A DNA stretch of 64,000 nt from Actinomycetes bacterium (GCA_021777475.1 JAJYDM010000001.1:18993-82992), one strand, 5' to 3'; shown: positions 9,199 through 19,022, numbered from the stretch's first letter. Made by a program: numbers and translations. Notes: generated by a model not told the origin, from the letters alone.

Positions 9199-10623
9199 AT
9201 GTCGTCAGATAATGGCAGTAGCAGTGAGAATATCTCGTCGATTTATAAGACGCTTGATGATGCGTCGTTGAATCGCAAGCACTGGGTTACCGTGATTACC
9301 GCAGGAATGGGATTTTTTACCGACGCCTACGACCTTTTCATAATTGGTACGGTGACGGCGATTCTTACCCCTCTATGGCATCTGTCAACGGGCCAGCTTT
9401 CACTCTTGAATTCGATTTCCCTTCTCTCGTCTGTCTTTGGGGCAATTCTTTTTGGAAAATTGATGGATCGCCTTGGCCGCAAGAAAATGTATGGCGTCGA
9501 GGTTGCACTACTGGTATTGGGTGCGGTTGCGTCGGCTTTTTCTCAGAACTTTACAGAGCTACTCATTTTCAGAATTGTTGTTGGAATCGGCGTCGGTGGG
9601 GATTATGCCACTTCCGCGGTCATAACTTCGGAATATGCGAACCAGCGTGACAGAGGCCGTTTAATTGGAACCGTTTTTGCCATGCAGGGATTTGGCCTTT
9701 TGGCCGGTCCTCTGTTTGCGTCGATTTTGTTGGTCACGGGCGTGTCCCACGATTTTGCATGGCGGGTAATGCTTGGATTTGGTGCTATTCCTGCGGCATC
9801 GGTCATCTATCTGCGACGCAAGATTAAAGAGACACCTAGGTTCACCATGAACGTCAAGGGAGATCTGGCTTCAACGGCGGAAGCAATTCGTTGGACGACT
9901 GGCAAGACGGTTGATCTGTCGGCCTCAGTCCCTCACATTTCGCAAAATGGCAACCGCGCCCGTCTCTCTGATCCGAGGTTCCTCAAGCGGTTGATTGGTA
10001 CTGCGGGGACATGGCTACTAATGGACGTTGCCTTCTACGGCAATGGTGTTTCATCTCAGGTTATATTGAAGGCACTGTTTGGCGCAAAAGCCACCCTGCT
10101 GCACAACACCGTCGTGGCAGCTCTATTGTTTCTGGTGTTCGCGGTTCCCGGATATTGGGTGGCTGTTTACTTTCTGGACAAGATTGGGCGTAAGAGGATC
10201 CAGGTTCAGGGTTTCTTGATAATGACCGTTGGTTATGCCCTGATTATGGCGGTGCCAGGAGTCGTTAAGGTGCCACTTCTATTTCTAGTGATTTATGGGA
10301 TCACCTATTTTTTTATCGAGTTTGGCCCAAATGAGACAACGTTTGTCTATCCGTCTGAGATCTTCCCAACATCTATTCGTGGAATTGCCGATGGCCTTTC
10401 GGCGGCAGGAGGAAAGATTGGCGCGTTTGTGGCAGCTTTGTTGATGCCGACTGTCGTGAAGGACTTTGGTCTTTCATATGCCATGGGGATCCTCGCAGTC
10501 GTGTCACTGTTAGGTGTCTTTTTGACCATATGGGCCTTGCCCGAGCCTATGGGCCAGACGCTGGAGCACGCATCAGGTGAAGTTGGACAGGAACAGGGAG
10601 AATCTCGGCAACAGGTGAGTTAG
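9199..10623 (+). CDS. MFS transporter, PHS family (Pho84-like inorganic phosphate:H+ symporter)
   Basis: 12-TM MFS architecture. The N-terminal signature GMGFFTDAYDLFIIG and the motif GRKKMYG are typical of phosphate/H+ symporters. An AAGGAG RBS lies before the ATG. Confidence 0.8.
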   Translation: MSSDNGSSSENISSIYKTLDDASLNRKHWVTVITAGMGFFTDAYDLFIIGTVTAILTPLWHLSTGQLSLLNSISLLSSVFGAILFGKLMDRLGRKKMYGVEVALLVLGAVASAFSQNFTELLIFRIVVGIGVGGDYATSAVITSEYANQRDRGRLIGTVFAMQGFGLLAGPLFASILLVTGVSHDFAWRVMLGFGAIPAASVIYLRRKIKETPRFTMNVKGDLASTAEAIRWTTGKTVDLSASVPHISQNGNRARLSDPRFLKRLIGTAGTWLLMDVAFYGNGVSSQVILKALFGAKATLLHNTVVAALLFLVFAVPGYWVAVYFLDKIGRKRIQVQGFLIMTVGYALIMAVPGVVKVPLLFLVIYGITYFFIEFGPNETTFVYPSEIFPTSIRGIADGLSAAGGKIGAFVAALLMPTVVKDFGLSYAMGILAVVSLLGVFLTIWALPEPMGQTLEHASGEVGQEQGESRQQVS

Positions 10624-10877
10624 GTGGCTGTAGTTCCTTTGACGTCTGTTCCCGGGTATTTGAAAGAGAGTGGGAGCTGATAAGGCAAGCGGTTCGCAGA
10701 GTCCGGTCCACCAGGAAAAAATTGGTGAGACTCACCGGGTGAAGAGCGAATGAAGGAGCGCCTGGGAATGTCCAGGCGCTCTGGGATGGTGGATGGCCGG
10801 TCTTGGGCCTTTCTGGGTCAAATCGAATGTCCATTTGAAAGCTGTAATGCGCAAGACTGGTTCTTAAAAGTTAAAAG

Positions 10878-11228
10878 TGGAGGTGGCGGGAATTGAACCC
10901 GCGTCCTTCAGCTTCTTAGTAGGGCTTCTCCGAGCGCAGATAGAGAAGAATTGTCGACCACGGATAACTTCTATCGATTACCCGATGGCTTATCCCAATT
11001 TGATTTCCTTTGATTGCCTTTGGGATGGACAACCTAAGTAAGTCCCACTAGTCGTCGCTCAGAATCACTCCGTGGAACTAAGAGCGGCTGAACGTTGCCT
11101 ACTTATTAAGCGGCAAGGGCGAGTTGTGACTCGTCGTTTATTTTATGTTTCCGACTCTTTTACGTGGATCCGGAGACCACGGCTCGCTTCACCTACCTCG
11201 ACGACCAAAGTCGAAGCCTGTCACCCCC
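10878..11228 (-). ncRNA. ssrA: tmRNA (SsrA)
   Basis: On the minus strand the 5' end reads GGGGGTGACAGGCTTCGAC... and the 3' end reads ...GGTTCAATTCCCGCCACCTCCA. The acceptor stem GGGGGTG/CACCTCC contains the G3:U wobble. The internal tag frame is ...AAC GAC GAG TCA CAA CTC GCC CTT GCC GCT TAA TAA (NDESQLALAA**). The gene lies 49 nt downstream of smpB. Confidence 0.9.
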
Positions 11229-11277
11229 GTGTTTGATTTCTATCGAATACTATATTCTAACGTCCCTCAGAGAGCAT

Positions 11278-11784
11278 TTATCTCTTGCGGGCGTTTGCAA
11301 GCTCCCTTTGGGTATCTCTCTGTACGTCTCGCTGCGCAATCGCAGCTCTTTTGTCATAGGCTTTGCGTCCTTTTGCAAGGCATACCTCCATCTTGGCCCT
11401 GCCATTTTTCAAGTAAATCGAGAGTGGCACGATTGTAAGGGCTTGAAGTTTGGTGCGCACAGCAAGCTCATCAATTTCGTCTCTGTGCATCAGGAGCTTC
11501 TTGGGGCGGTCCGGGTCATGCGAGCCAAAGCCATGGGCGAAGTCGTAGGGGGGGATGTGGGCTTGATACACCCAGGCCTCGTTTCCATCGATTCTTACAA
11601 AGCTGTCTCTGATTTGTGCCTTTCCTAATCTGATGGACTTGATTTCAGACCCCTTCAGTTCAAGGCCGGCTTCAAACGTCTGCACAATGTCGTAATCGTG
11701 TCGCGCCTTTCGATTCTGCGAGACGACTTTAATACCTGATGCAGCAGCTGATTGTTTATTTGGATTTGATTTTTTGGTAACCAT
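11278..11784 (-). CDS. smpB: SsrA-binding protein SmpB
   Basis: Motifs NRKARHDY, LELKGSEIKS and a basic C-terminal tail. Typical size of 168 aa. Confidence 0.95.
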   Translation of the reverse strand: MVTKKSNPNKQSAAASGIKVVSQNRKARHDYDIVQTFEAGLELKGSEIKSIRLGKAQIRDSFVRIDGNEAWVYQAHIPPYDFAHGFGSHDPDRPKKLLMHRDEIDELAVRTKLQALTIVPLSIYLKNGRAKMEVCLAKGRKAYDKRAAIAQRDVQRDTQRELANARKR

Positions 11785-11813
11785 TTGTCTTCTCTCAAGC
11801 TAGCCTGCCAAGG

Positions 11814-12215
11814 GTGCTTATTATTTCGCAAATGTTTCTTGACGAGATGATTGCGCATGCAATCCGTGAATATCCTCTAGAGGCCTGTGGACTAATTTCT
11901 GGCGAGAAGGACCTAGTCAAAGGTTTTTACAAGACCCGAAATGATGCTGCGTCTGCTCGAATTTATACGGTAAATCCTCTTGACTACCTTAAGGCCGATA
12001 GGGACGCGGAAAAGAATGGTGCCTCGATTATTGGAGTAGTGCATTCCCATACCCATTCTGACGCATACCCATCTCCCACTGATGTTGTTCAGGCTCCCGA
12101 CCCGGCTTGGCACTATATTTTGGTGTCGCTCAAGCACATAGATCCTATTTTGCGCTCATTTACTATCATTGATGGGAACATTGTAGAAGAATCTGTTGTT
12201 AGGCTTAATTGCTAG
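11814..12215 (+). CDS. mec: JAMM/MPN+ metalloprotease (Mec-type, CysO-processing)
   Basis: JAMM motif HSHTHSDAYPSPTD and upstream EACG. The N-terminus aligns from my memory to mycobacterial Mec (MLxxxxxxxDxMxAHA..PxEACG). It sits immediately upstream of cysO-cysM. Confidence 0.85.
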   Translation: MLIISQMFLDEMIAHAIREYPLEACGLISGEKDLVKGFYKTRNDAASARIYTVNPLDYLKADRDAEKNGASIIGVVHSHTHSDAYPSPTDVVQAPDPAWHYILVSLKHIDPILRSFTIIDGNIVEESVVRLNC

Positions 12216-12251
12216 AATAGTAATCGTTTAAGTCAACTTTCAGGAGGAGCC

Positions 12252-12533
12252 GTGGCAATAGAAGTGCGCCTACCGACAGTGCTTCGTGCCGCAGCAGGCG
12301 GACAAGCAAATGTTTCCGTTGAAGGCGAGACCATCGGTGAGATACTGAAAGCGCTTGCTGAAGACTTTCCAGGTCTTGGGACACAGGTACTTTCACTCGA
12401 TGGATCATTGCATCGATTCGTAAATGTGTATCTCAATGATGATGATGTGAGGTACCTTGACAAGCTTGACACAAAAGTCATAGAAGGTGATGTGGTTTCA
12501 ATTCTTCCTGCCGTTGCCGGCGGTTCTTGTTAG
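12252..12533 (+). CDS. cysO: MoaD/ThiS-family sulfur carrier protein CysO, with a 2-residue extension after the GG motif
   Basis: 93 aa ending ...SILPAVAGGSC. The motif HRFVNVYLNDDDVRY resembles mycobacterial CysO. An AGGAGG RBS precedes the GTG start. Confidence 0.85.
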   Translation: MAIEVRLPTVLRAAAGGQANVSVEGETIGEILKALAEDFPGLGTQVLSLDGSLHRFVNVYLNDDDVRYLDKLDTKVIEGDVVSILPAVAGGSC

Positions 12534-12594
12534 TTTTTATCTGTCCAGTTTGAGCGGGCAGATTATCTGTTTTTAGTTAGAGAAAGATACATTC

Positions 12595-13542
12595 ATGGCT
12601 GTGTACTCTAGTATTTTGGACCTGATAGGCAATACTCCCATGGTGGACATTAGCCAGCTGAGTCCCAATCCAAGGGTTCGAATCATTGCAAAGCTAGAGG
12701 GTCAAAATCCCGGAGGTTCAGTCAAGGACAGAATTGCGCTTGCAATGATCGAGGATGCTGAAAAGTCTGGGCAACTGCAACCGGGGCAGACTCTCTTGGA
12801 GCCTTCATCAGGCAATACTGGTATTGGGCTAGCGATGGTGTGCAGAGTCAAGGGCTACAAGTTGAAGATTGTGCTCCCGTCTAACGTGTCAATTGAGCGG
12901 AAGCAGCTGCTGCAGTTGTGGGGCGCCGAGGTCATTGAATCACCTGGTTCAGAGGGATCAAATGGTGCAGTAAGAATGGCACGGGCGATGGCGGATGAGC
13001 ACCCGGAATGGGTATTTCTCTATCAATACGCCAATCCAGCTAACCCGAGAGCCCATTATGAGACCACAGGACCAGAGATTTGGGAGGACGTTCCAGAGGT
13101 TACCCATTTCATTGCGGGACTCGGAACTTCTGGAACACTCATGGGCGTGGGCAAGTATCTGAAAGAAAAGAATCCAAAGGTCCAGGTCTGGGCTATTGAG
13201 CCGCCTGCCGGTGAGATGGTTGACGGACTTCGCAACCTTGACGACGGTTACATTCCGCCAATTTTCCTGGAAAATGACGGGGAGCATTTGCTGGATCGCA
13301 AGACTGTGGTAGGGCCAAAGGAGTCCATCGAGTGGACCAGAAGATTGATCGAGGTTGGACTGTTCGTTGGAATTTCTTCAGGTGCGATCATGGCTGGGGC
13401 CGTGAAGTGCGCCAATACCCTTGATGAAGGTACCATCGTCACTATCGTGAGTGACGGCGGCTGGAAATACCTTTCCACCGGTGCTTGGACTGATGACATT
13501 GATCAGGTTACCGAGCGTGCCAAGAAGATAATCTACTTCTAA
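12595..13542 (+). CDS. cysM: Cysteine synthase B-type (CysM, CysO-thiocarboxylate dependent)
   Basis: PLP-lysine motif GGSVKDR, plus SSGNTGIGLA and the GTSGT loop. Operon context with mec and cysO. Confidence 0.9.
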   Translation: MAVYSSILDLIGNTPMVDISQLSPNPRVRIIAKLEGQNPGGSVKDRIALAMIEDAEKSGQLQPGQTLLEPSSGNTGIGLAMVCRVKGYKLKIVLPSNVSIERKQLLQLWGAEVIESPGSEGSNGAVRMARAMADEHPEWVFLYQYANPANPRAHYETTGPEIWEDVPEVTHFIAGLGTSGTLMGVGKYLKEKNPKVQVWAIEPPAGEMVDGLRNLDDGYIPPIFLENDGEHLLDRKTVVGPKESIEWTRRLIEVGLFVGISSGAIMAGAVKCANTLDEGTIVTIVSDGGWKYLSTGAWTDDIDQVTERAKKIIYF

Positions 13543-13624
13543 TTCAACCGACTTCTCGGTACCTTGGTCAGATGGTCTTTTCAGACGGTACTGTGGGGGC
13601 TAATGCGAATCCAGTGTCGCAGGT

Positions 13625-14485
13625 TTGGGTAGACTAAGCGAGGTGGATCCGAGTCCTATAGGAATTTTCGACAGCGGTTTTGGTGGATTGACAATTGTTC
13701 GTGCGCTGGTAGATCTAGTTCCTAATGAGTCGCTGGTCTATTTCGGTGATTCGGCGAGGTATCCCTATGGTCCGCGTGTTGCTTCTGAGGTAGTCGGTTT
13801 TTCCCATCAAATAGCTGAATACCTGATATCTAACTACGATGTGAAGATGCTGATAGTTGCGTGCAACACTGCATCTTCTGTCGCGCTGGACTCGTTGAAA
13901 GATAGATTCAGTATTCCGATTCTTGGTGTAATAGGTCCTGGAGCCCGGTCGGCAGTGGGCGCGTCGCAATCTGGCCGGTTGGGTGTAATCGGGACGGTTG
14001 GCACCGTGGCCTCGGGGGCATACCAGAGGGAAATTGAAGGTCTTGATCCAGCGATTGAGTTGACCTGTGCCGCCTGTCCCGGTCTGGTCGAGTTTGTAGA
14101 AGCGGGGGAGACGGATTCTGAACAGGTGAAAGTCCTAGCGTCCAGACTCTTGCATCCCATAAAAGAGGCAAAGGTTGATACGCTTCTCCTAGGATGCACC
14201 CACTATCCTTTCCTCGCGCGAGTGATTCAAGACGTTATTGGAAGAGATGTCGTCCTGATATCTTCAGCCGAGGAGACTGCATTTGAGGTTAAGGAACTTC
14301 TTTCCAATTCCGGACTGTCCTCGTCAGAAGATTCAATCGGTAGGTACACTTTCTTGTCGTCTGGTGATCCAGAACGATTCAAAGAACTGGGGCATAGGCT
14401 ACTAGGGCCGGAGCTCGAAGTTGCAAAGCAAGTGGTTTGGAAAGGAAGTCCAGGTAATGAGAAGAGACGGGCGCCAGGTAGATGA
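13625..14485 (+). CDS. murI: Glutamate racemase
   Basis: Motifs FDSGFGGLT, VACNTAS and LGCTHYP, which carry the two catalytic Cys. Confidence 0.9.
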   Translation: MGRLSEVDPSPIGIFDSGFGGLTIVRALVDLVPNESLVYFGDSARYPYGPRVASEVVGFSHQIAEYLISNYDVKMLIVACNTASSVALDSLKDRFSIPILGVIGPGARSAVGASQSGRLGVIGTVGTVASGAYQREIEGLDPAIELTCAACPGLVEFVEAGETDSEQVKVLASRLLHPIKEAKVDTLLLGCTHYPFLARVIQDVIGRDVVLISSAEETAFEVKELLSNSGLSSSEDSIGRYTFLSSGDPERFKELGHRLLGPELEVAKQVVWKGSPGNEKRRAPGR

Positions 14486-15206
14486 AATCAGATCCTGTAC
14501 CTTTGAACGCGATTACACCGAGATGGCCCTGGGGTCTGTCCTAGTGAGCATGGGCAAAACCAGGGTTCTCTGCACTGTCTCCCTTGACGAAAGGGTCCCA
14601 CCGTGGTTGCGTGGCACTGGTAAGGGTTGGATCACCGCCGAGTACTCCCTATTGCCCGGATCATCACCAGAAAGAGTAAGCCGGGAAGCCGTAAAGGGTA
14701 AGCAGAGTGGCCGCACCCAGGAGATTCAGCGGCTGATAGGACGTTCGATTAGAGCAATTGTCGATTTGAACGCACTGGGTGAAAAGCAGCTGATTGTGGA
14801 TTGCGACGTTTTGCAGGCGGATGGTGGAACACGAACGGCCTCGATTTGTGGAGCATACGTAGCCCTGGCGGACGCAGTCTCAAGGATGGAACAGGCATAC
14901 CGCGTTGGTCCGAATGTTCTCTTGGCGTCCTGTGCAGCGGTGTCAGTGGGAATCGTTGATGGTGGCTCCCTACTCGATCTTGACTATTCTGAAGACGCCA
15001 GTGCCGAGGTCGACATGAACGTTGTGATGACTTCTGACGGCCAGTATGTTGAAGTCCAGGGGACGGCCGAAAATTCACCGTATACCAAAGACCAGCTTGA
15101 TGACATGCTTTCTTTGGCGGAACATGGAATCGCAGAGATCCTGGAAATCCAGTCAAAGACGCTGTCCACGGTTGCGTCACCAAAGCCGGAGCTTTTTAGG
15201 AGCTGA
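14457..15206 (+). CDS. rph: Ribonuclease PH
   Basis: Motifs MRRDGRQVDEIR, GWITAEYSLLPGS and DCDVLQADGGTRTA. I prefer the ATG at 14457 to the upstream start at 14421. It overlaps the murI 3' end by 29 nt. Confidence 0.9.
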   Translation: MRRDGRQVDEIRSCTFERDYTEMALGSVLVSMGKTRVLCTVSLDERVPPWLRGTGKGWITAEYSLLPGSSPERVSREAVKGKQSGRTQEIQRLIGRSIRAIVDLNALGEKQLIVDCDVLQADGGTRTASICGAYVALADAVSRMEQAYRVGPNVLLASCAAVSVGIVDGGSLLDLDYSEDASAEVDMNVVMTSDGQYVEVQGTAENSPYTKDQLDDMLSLAEHGIAEILEIQSKTLSTVASPKPELFRS

Positions 15207-15209
15207 TCG

Positions 15210-15806
15210 TTGGTATTGAAGCAGATTGTTATCGCAACCACGAATCTTGGAAAAGCAAAGGAATTCGAAAAGATACTTGGAGGCGACATAGATGTCATCG
15301 TTCCTGACGACCTTCCCTTGGTGGTTGAGGACGGGGACACATTAGCTGAGAATGCTTACAAGAAGGCGCGGAGCGCGGCCGACCATCTGGGCCGGTTGGC
15401 GCTGGCTGACGATTCCGGGCTATTCGTGCATGCGTTGGGAGGAGTGCCTGGCGTGCACTCTGCGCGGTTCGCAGGTAGCGGTGGCGATGATGCCGCAAAT
15501 CGTTCAAAGTTGATAGCCCTTCTCCATGATTTTTCCGATCGTTCGGCGTATTTTGCGACGGTTCTATGCGTATGCGCCCCATCAGCGACTATTGAGGAGG
15601 CATACTTCTTCGAAGGTCGATGTGACGGCTACCTTCTGGACCACGAACGGGGAAGCGAAGGGTTTGGCTATGACGCTCTGTTTGTCCCCTCAGAAGGGGA
15701 TGGACGAACCTTCGGCGAGATGTCCTCCAGTGAAAAAGCGGTCTTTTCTCACCGTTCCCGCGCGATAGCCAAATTCAAGATTTCACTATCTGACCTGCCG
15801 GGTTGA
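15210..15806 (+). CDS. rdgB: Non-canonical purine NTP pyrophosphatase (RdgB/HAM1 family)
   Basis: Motifs IATTNLGKAKEF, GFGYDALFVP and FSHRSRA. It forms the conserved rph-rdgB pair. Confidence 0.9.
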   Translation: MVLKQIVIATTNLGKAKEFEKILGGDIDVIVPDDLPLVVEDGDTLAENAYKKARSAADHLGRLALADDSGLFVHALGGVPGVHSARFAGSGGDDAANRSKLIALLHDFSDRSAYFATVLCVCAPSATIEEAYFFEGRCDGYLLDHERGSEGFGYDALFVPSEGDGRTFGEMSSSEKAVFSHRSRAIAKFKISLSDLPG

Positions 15807-15912
15807 GTTCAGAAAATAAGTCACAGGAAGTCTTTAGCTTCTTTCTAGGTGCTACTAAAGGTGGCCAACTTAGATGATGTGAAAAGACTCGGCGTGACTT
15901 GAGGAGAAGTTT

Positions 15913-16491
15913 ATGAATCGGAAGAGATTGCTGCTTGGTTCAACCGGTCTTGCTGCAGCTGTTGCCGTGGGAGTCGGCGCAATTGCGCTGACCTCTGGTG
16001 GTGCATCTCTGGCATCAGCTACAGTTCCCACATCGAATGTTGCGTCGACCAGTTCCGCCGCCGTACCCAACACCACCACCAAGCCAGCTTCCCGGCTGCA
16101 TTGGCGCATGGGCCGAAGGGGCGGAGCGGTTTACTCGGAGACTGTCATTAAACAAAAGTCTGGCGGCTATAAAACCATTATCGAGGTAAGGGGCTCGTTA
16201 ACAGCAATTTCGTCGAGTTCAATTTCTATTACCCGGCCGGACACGGGCACAATAATCACAGCTGCGATTACTTCAACAACTAGATTCGGCAATACGACGG
16301 CGGCCGCCCTGGCTTCCGACCTCAGTTCGGATACCGCAGTTACTGTGAGACTCGTAGAGACGGCCAATAATGCGGTATCGGTGAGTGTACCCCCACTCGC
16401 GGGTACCCGGCCTAAGCCTGGTTCTGGTCCATTCAAAGGCACTTTCCATACTCGAAGTGGAGTTAACCAAAGCTCACCAGCCAGCGCTTGA
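15913..16491 (+). CDS. Secreted hypothetical protein (signal peptide, Ser/Thr-rich)
   Basis: N-terminal signal-like segment MNRKRLLLGSTGLAAAVAVGVGAIALT. No recognisable catalytic motif. Confidence 0.55.
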   Translation: MNRKRLLLGSTGLAAAVAVGVGAIALTSGGASLASATVPTSNVASTSSAAVPNTTTKPASRLHWRMGRRGGAVYSETVIKQKSGGYKTIIEVRGSLTAISSSSISITRPDTGTIITAAITSTTRFGNTTAAALASDLSSDTAVTVRLVETANNAVSVSVPPLAGTRPKPGSGPFKGTFHTRSGVNQSSPASA

Positions 16492-16543
16492 TTAAATGCC
16501 CCTTGTCAGGGCCAAGCATCTCCCTGTAGGAGAAAACGAAGAG

Positions 16544-16585
16544 AACGCTTCTCGGGAAGGCCGAGCCCGAGGAGCGTTTTCTTCC
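16544..16585. terminator. Long GC-rich hairpin between convergent transcription units (terminator-like)
   Basis: AACGCTTCTCGGG - loop AAGGCCGA - (G)CCCGAGGAGCGTT, followed by TTTCTTCC. It lies between the 15913-16491 CDS (+) and tRNA-Leu (-). Confidence 0.5.
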
Positions 16586-16640
16586 ATTAACCTGTACTTT
16601 TCTAAAGTTGTCGCCGTCTATTGGTCTCAGGCGAATATGG

Positions 16641-16725
16641 TGGTGCGGGCGGAGAGACTCGAACTCTCATGCCTTGCGGCGCTAGGACCTAAACCTAGTG
16701 CGTATGCCAATTTCGCCACGCCCGC
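16641..16725 (-). tRNA. tRNA-Leu (anticodon TAG), class II with a long variable arm
   Basis: The minus strand reads GCGGGCG TG GCGAAATTGGCATACGC A CTAGG TT-TAG-GT CCTAG CGCCGCAAGGCATG AGAGTTCGAGTCTCT CGCCCGC A CCA. All four stems pair and CCA is encoded. Confidence 0.9.
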
Positions 16726-16908
16726 ACGGTTCCAGCCTTGTGGCTAGTCATATCGAGAAGCATCCTACCCGGGGTGGAGTGGAATCTGTTCAACATGGCT
16801 GATCCAATGGCAGTGTCGAATCATTGGCTATTTCCCGGTGATGGCAGGTCAAGACTTATCCTGAAGGTGGGCTCCTCATATGTTACTGCCAGCTTTGTCT
16901 GACAGCAT

Positions 16909-18141
16909 CTATTCTTTTGGCCCGAGAGAGTTTGCCGCTACAACGACGATTACGGCTGCAATGGCGGCCATGACACTGGCGTATCCGTAGGACCAACTTG
17001 GCCCAAGTTGATAGAGGAGACCCATAACTAGGTTTCCAACAAAGAGGCCGATGCTCCTCGAGAAAGAGAGGGCTCCGAAGGCACGCCCGGCTGGCTGATT
17101 CTTAGATAGAACTGCAATCAGCGATGGTTCGAGCGTCTCAATTACACCGAGTGCAAAACCGAGAATGGCGATGCCGACCAGATATTCGGTGGTTCCCAGC
17201 CGATAGTGGATATCGGCAACTAGAACGAGTGCGCCAATGGCTGATACAAGATAGCCAAGGAGTCCCAGATTGATAAAGCGTCTGACTAGGGTAGCGCCCA
17301 ATCTTCTTGCCAGGAGGTAACCTGTTGCAGCCGAAAATGCCTGGAAGACCAGGAATGCCGCTATACCTGAGCTTCTTGAGCCAGTCTTTTGCGCAATTGT
17401 CAGTACCGGGAAACCAATGCTGTAGAAAGTGAAACCATAAAGTGCGGTCGAGACGAAGATAGCTCGCGCTCCGCCGGTTTGCCGTATTTTGACGGTTTGA
17501 CGGGCCTCTTCAGACGTCTCAATTTGTTGATTACGTCGTTCGGAAGTGTCCTTGCCGGTCCTTAACAACATCACAGTTGATAAAACCAATGGCACGATGG
17601 TGAAGAGGAACAGAAGTCGGAATGACACTCCCTTCTGAATAGCAATAATTACCAGAATCGCAGCCGCCGCAGCTCCCCCCACATCAAGGGCATGAAGGAA
17701 TCCAAAGACCGTCGTTCTGTGTTCCTCGGCAGTAACAGTACGATTTAGCATGACCCTTCTTGAAGGGCTTCTAAGGTTTCGTGCCCACCAACCACCCGTA
17801 AGCAGACCAATTGCCCAAGCGGGGTTGGCAATTAGTGCTGACAGGGAGAGCAGCGGGATAAAGGAGTTGCCAATCAACGCAAGTCTGCGGTGTCCTATCC
17901 TGTCTCCTATTCTTGCCCCGATAAGTGAGAATAAGGCTCCGCCACCGTAACTGAGGGCCATGGCAAGGCCATATTCCCATACCGGCCGGTGGAGGTATAT
18001 GACGAGGAACAACGGAAACGCCGCTAGAACTGACTGATAACCGAGGTCGGCGAAGAAGGCAGACAATGATATCGACCACACGTCAGGAGTTCGCCAGCTC
18101 TTGTGTCGGCTTTTAGTGCTTTTTGCAGGTGCAATTTTCAC
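16909..18141 (-). CDS. MFS transporter (substrate unknown)
   Basis: About 12 predicted hydrophobic helices. MFS loop motif GARIGDRIGHRR between TM2 and TM3. Confidence 0.8.
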   Translation of the reverse strand: MKIAPAKSTKSRHKSWRTPDVWSISLSAFFADLGYQSVLAAFPLFLVIYLHRPVWEYGLAMALSYGGGALFSLIGARIGDRIGHRRLALIGNSFIPLLSLSALIANPAWAIGLLTGGWWARNLRSPSRRVMLNRTVTAEEHRTTVFGFLHALDVGGAAAAAILVIIAIQKGVSFRLLFLFTIVPLVLSTVMLLRTGKDTSERRNQQIETSEEARQTVKIRQTGGARAIFVSTALYGFTFYSIGFPVLTIAQKTGSRSSGIAAFLVFQAFSAATGYLLARRLGATLVRRFINLGLLGYLVSAIGALVLVADIHYRLGTTEYLVGIAILGFALGVIETLEPSLIAVLSKNQPAGRAFGALSFSRSIGLFVGNLVMGLLYQLGPSWSYGYASVMAAIAAVIVVVAANSLGPKE

Positions 18142-18144
18142 CGT

Positions 18145-18188
18145 CTCAGGTTACTACAGTCTTGCGGGTCAAGTCTCAATAACCTGAG
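18145..18188. promoter_or_regulatory. 9-bp perfect inverted repeat in the MFS/clpP divergent intergenic region
   Basis: CTCAGGTTA (18145-18153) and TAACCTGAG (18180-18188) are separated by 26 nt. The repeat begins 4 nt upstream of the MFS start codon. Confidence 0.3.
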
Positions 18189-18398
18189 CCGTCAGACCGC
18201 GTTGGGGTCGTGGCTTGTTGAAGAGCGTAAGCCTTGGGTGGCTCAGGCGGGCTATGCGGCACCTCCAAAATCAAGTTGATGCCATGGCTGTGGAAGTGGC
18301 GCATAGCCTCATTGCTGGATGGTCGATCGGGGTGAAAATGCCACATGCTATGGACCAGCACTGGGTGACTTCTTCCACTTCCTGGTAGGGTGTTTTGT

Positions 18399-19022
18399 AT
18401 GTCAAACTCACAGCTCAACTATGGTCAAGATGTGGTGATGCAGCTCCAGTCGGCCGACAGAAGCTCAGACCTCTATCAGCGCCTTCTCAAGGAAAGAATC
18501 GTATTTCTCGGGACGCAGGTGGATCAGAATTCTGCTAACGCAATTTGTGCTCAGCTGCTGCTGCTCGAAGCAGAGGATCCCAATAAAGATATTGCGCTTT
18601 ATATAAATTCGCCCGGGGGCTCGGTCACGGACGGATTGGCCATCTATGACACAATGCAGTATGTGAGCTGTGATGTCGCCACAATATGTCTTGGAATGGC
18701 TGCTTCAATGGGGCAGTTCCTGCTGTGCGCGGGGGCACCAGGAAAGCGCTATGCGTTACCGCACTCCAGGATCCTGATGCATCAGCCTTCAGCTCAAGCT
18801 CAGGGTCAGGCGGCAGATATCGCAATTCAGGCTGAACAAATTGGATACCTCAAGAAGATGTTGGCAGAGCGAATTGCGATGCATACTGGGCAGACCGTGG
18901 AAACCATTACCGCCGACTCGGATCGAGACCGCTGGTTCACAGCCGAGGCAGCTAAGGAATATGGTTTCATAGACCAGGTAATCTCAAGGTCATCATCTGC
19001 AAATATTGAAACCAAAGGTTAG
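18399..19022 (+). CDS. clpP: ATP-dependent Clp protease proteolytic subunit
   Basis: Motif YINSPGGSV. Catalytic Ser in GMAASMG, His in LMHQP, Asp in DSDRDRWF. The long N-terminus is ClpP2-like. Confidence 0.9.
   Translation: MSNSQLNYGQDVVMQLQSADRSSDLYQRLLKERIVFLGTQVDQNSANAICAQLLLLEAEDPNKDIALYINSPGGSVTDGLAIYDTMQYVSCDVATICLGMAASMGQFLLCAGAPGKRYALPHSRILMHQPSAQAQGQAADIAIQAEQIGYLKKMLAERIAMHTGQTVETITADSDRDRWFTAEAAKEYGFIDQVISRSSSANIETKG

Noticed and set aside
10624-11277. The tmRNA 3' flank, and the tRNA-Leu flank at 16492-16908, considered as possible genomic-island integration sites.
   Set aside because: I found no integrase, no direct repeat of the tRNA/tmRNA 3' end, and no foreign-looking genes on either side.
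18176-18418. 80-aa His-rich minus-strand ORF between the MFS gene and clpP.
   Set aside because: It overlaps the clpP 5' end, has no RBS, and has no recognisable regulator motif (it is not CsoR/ArsR-like on inspection).
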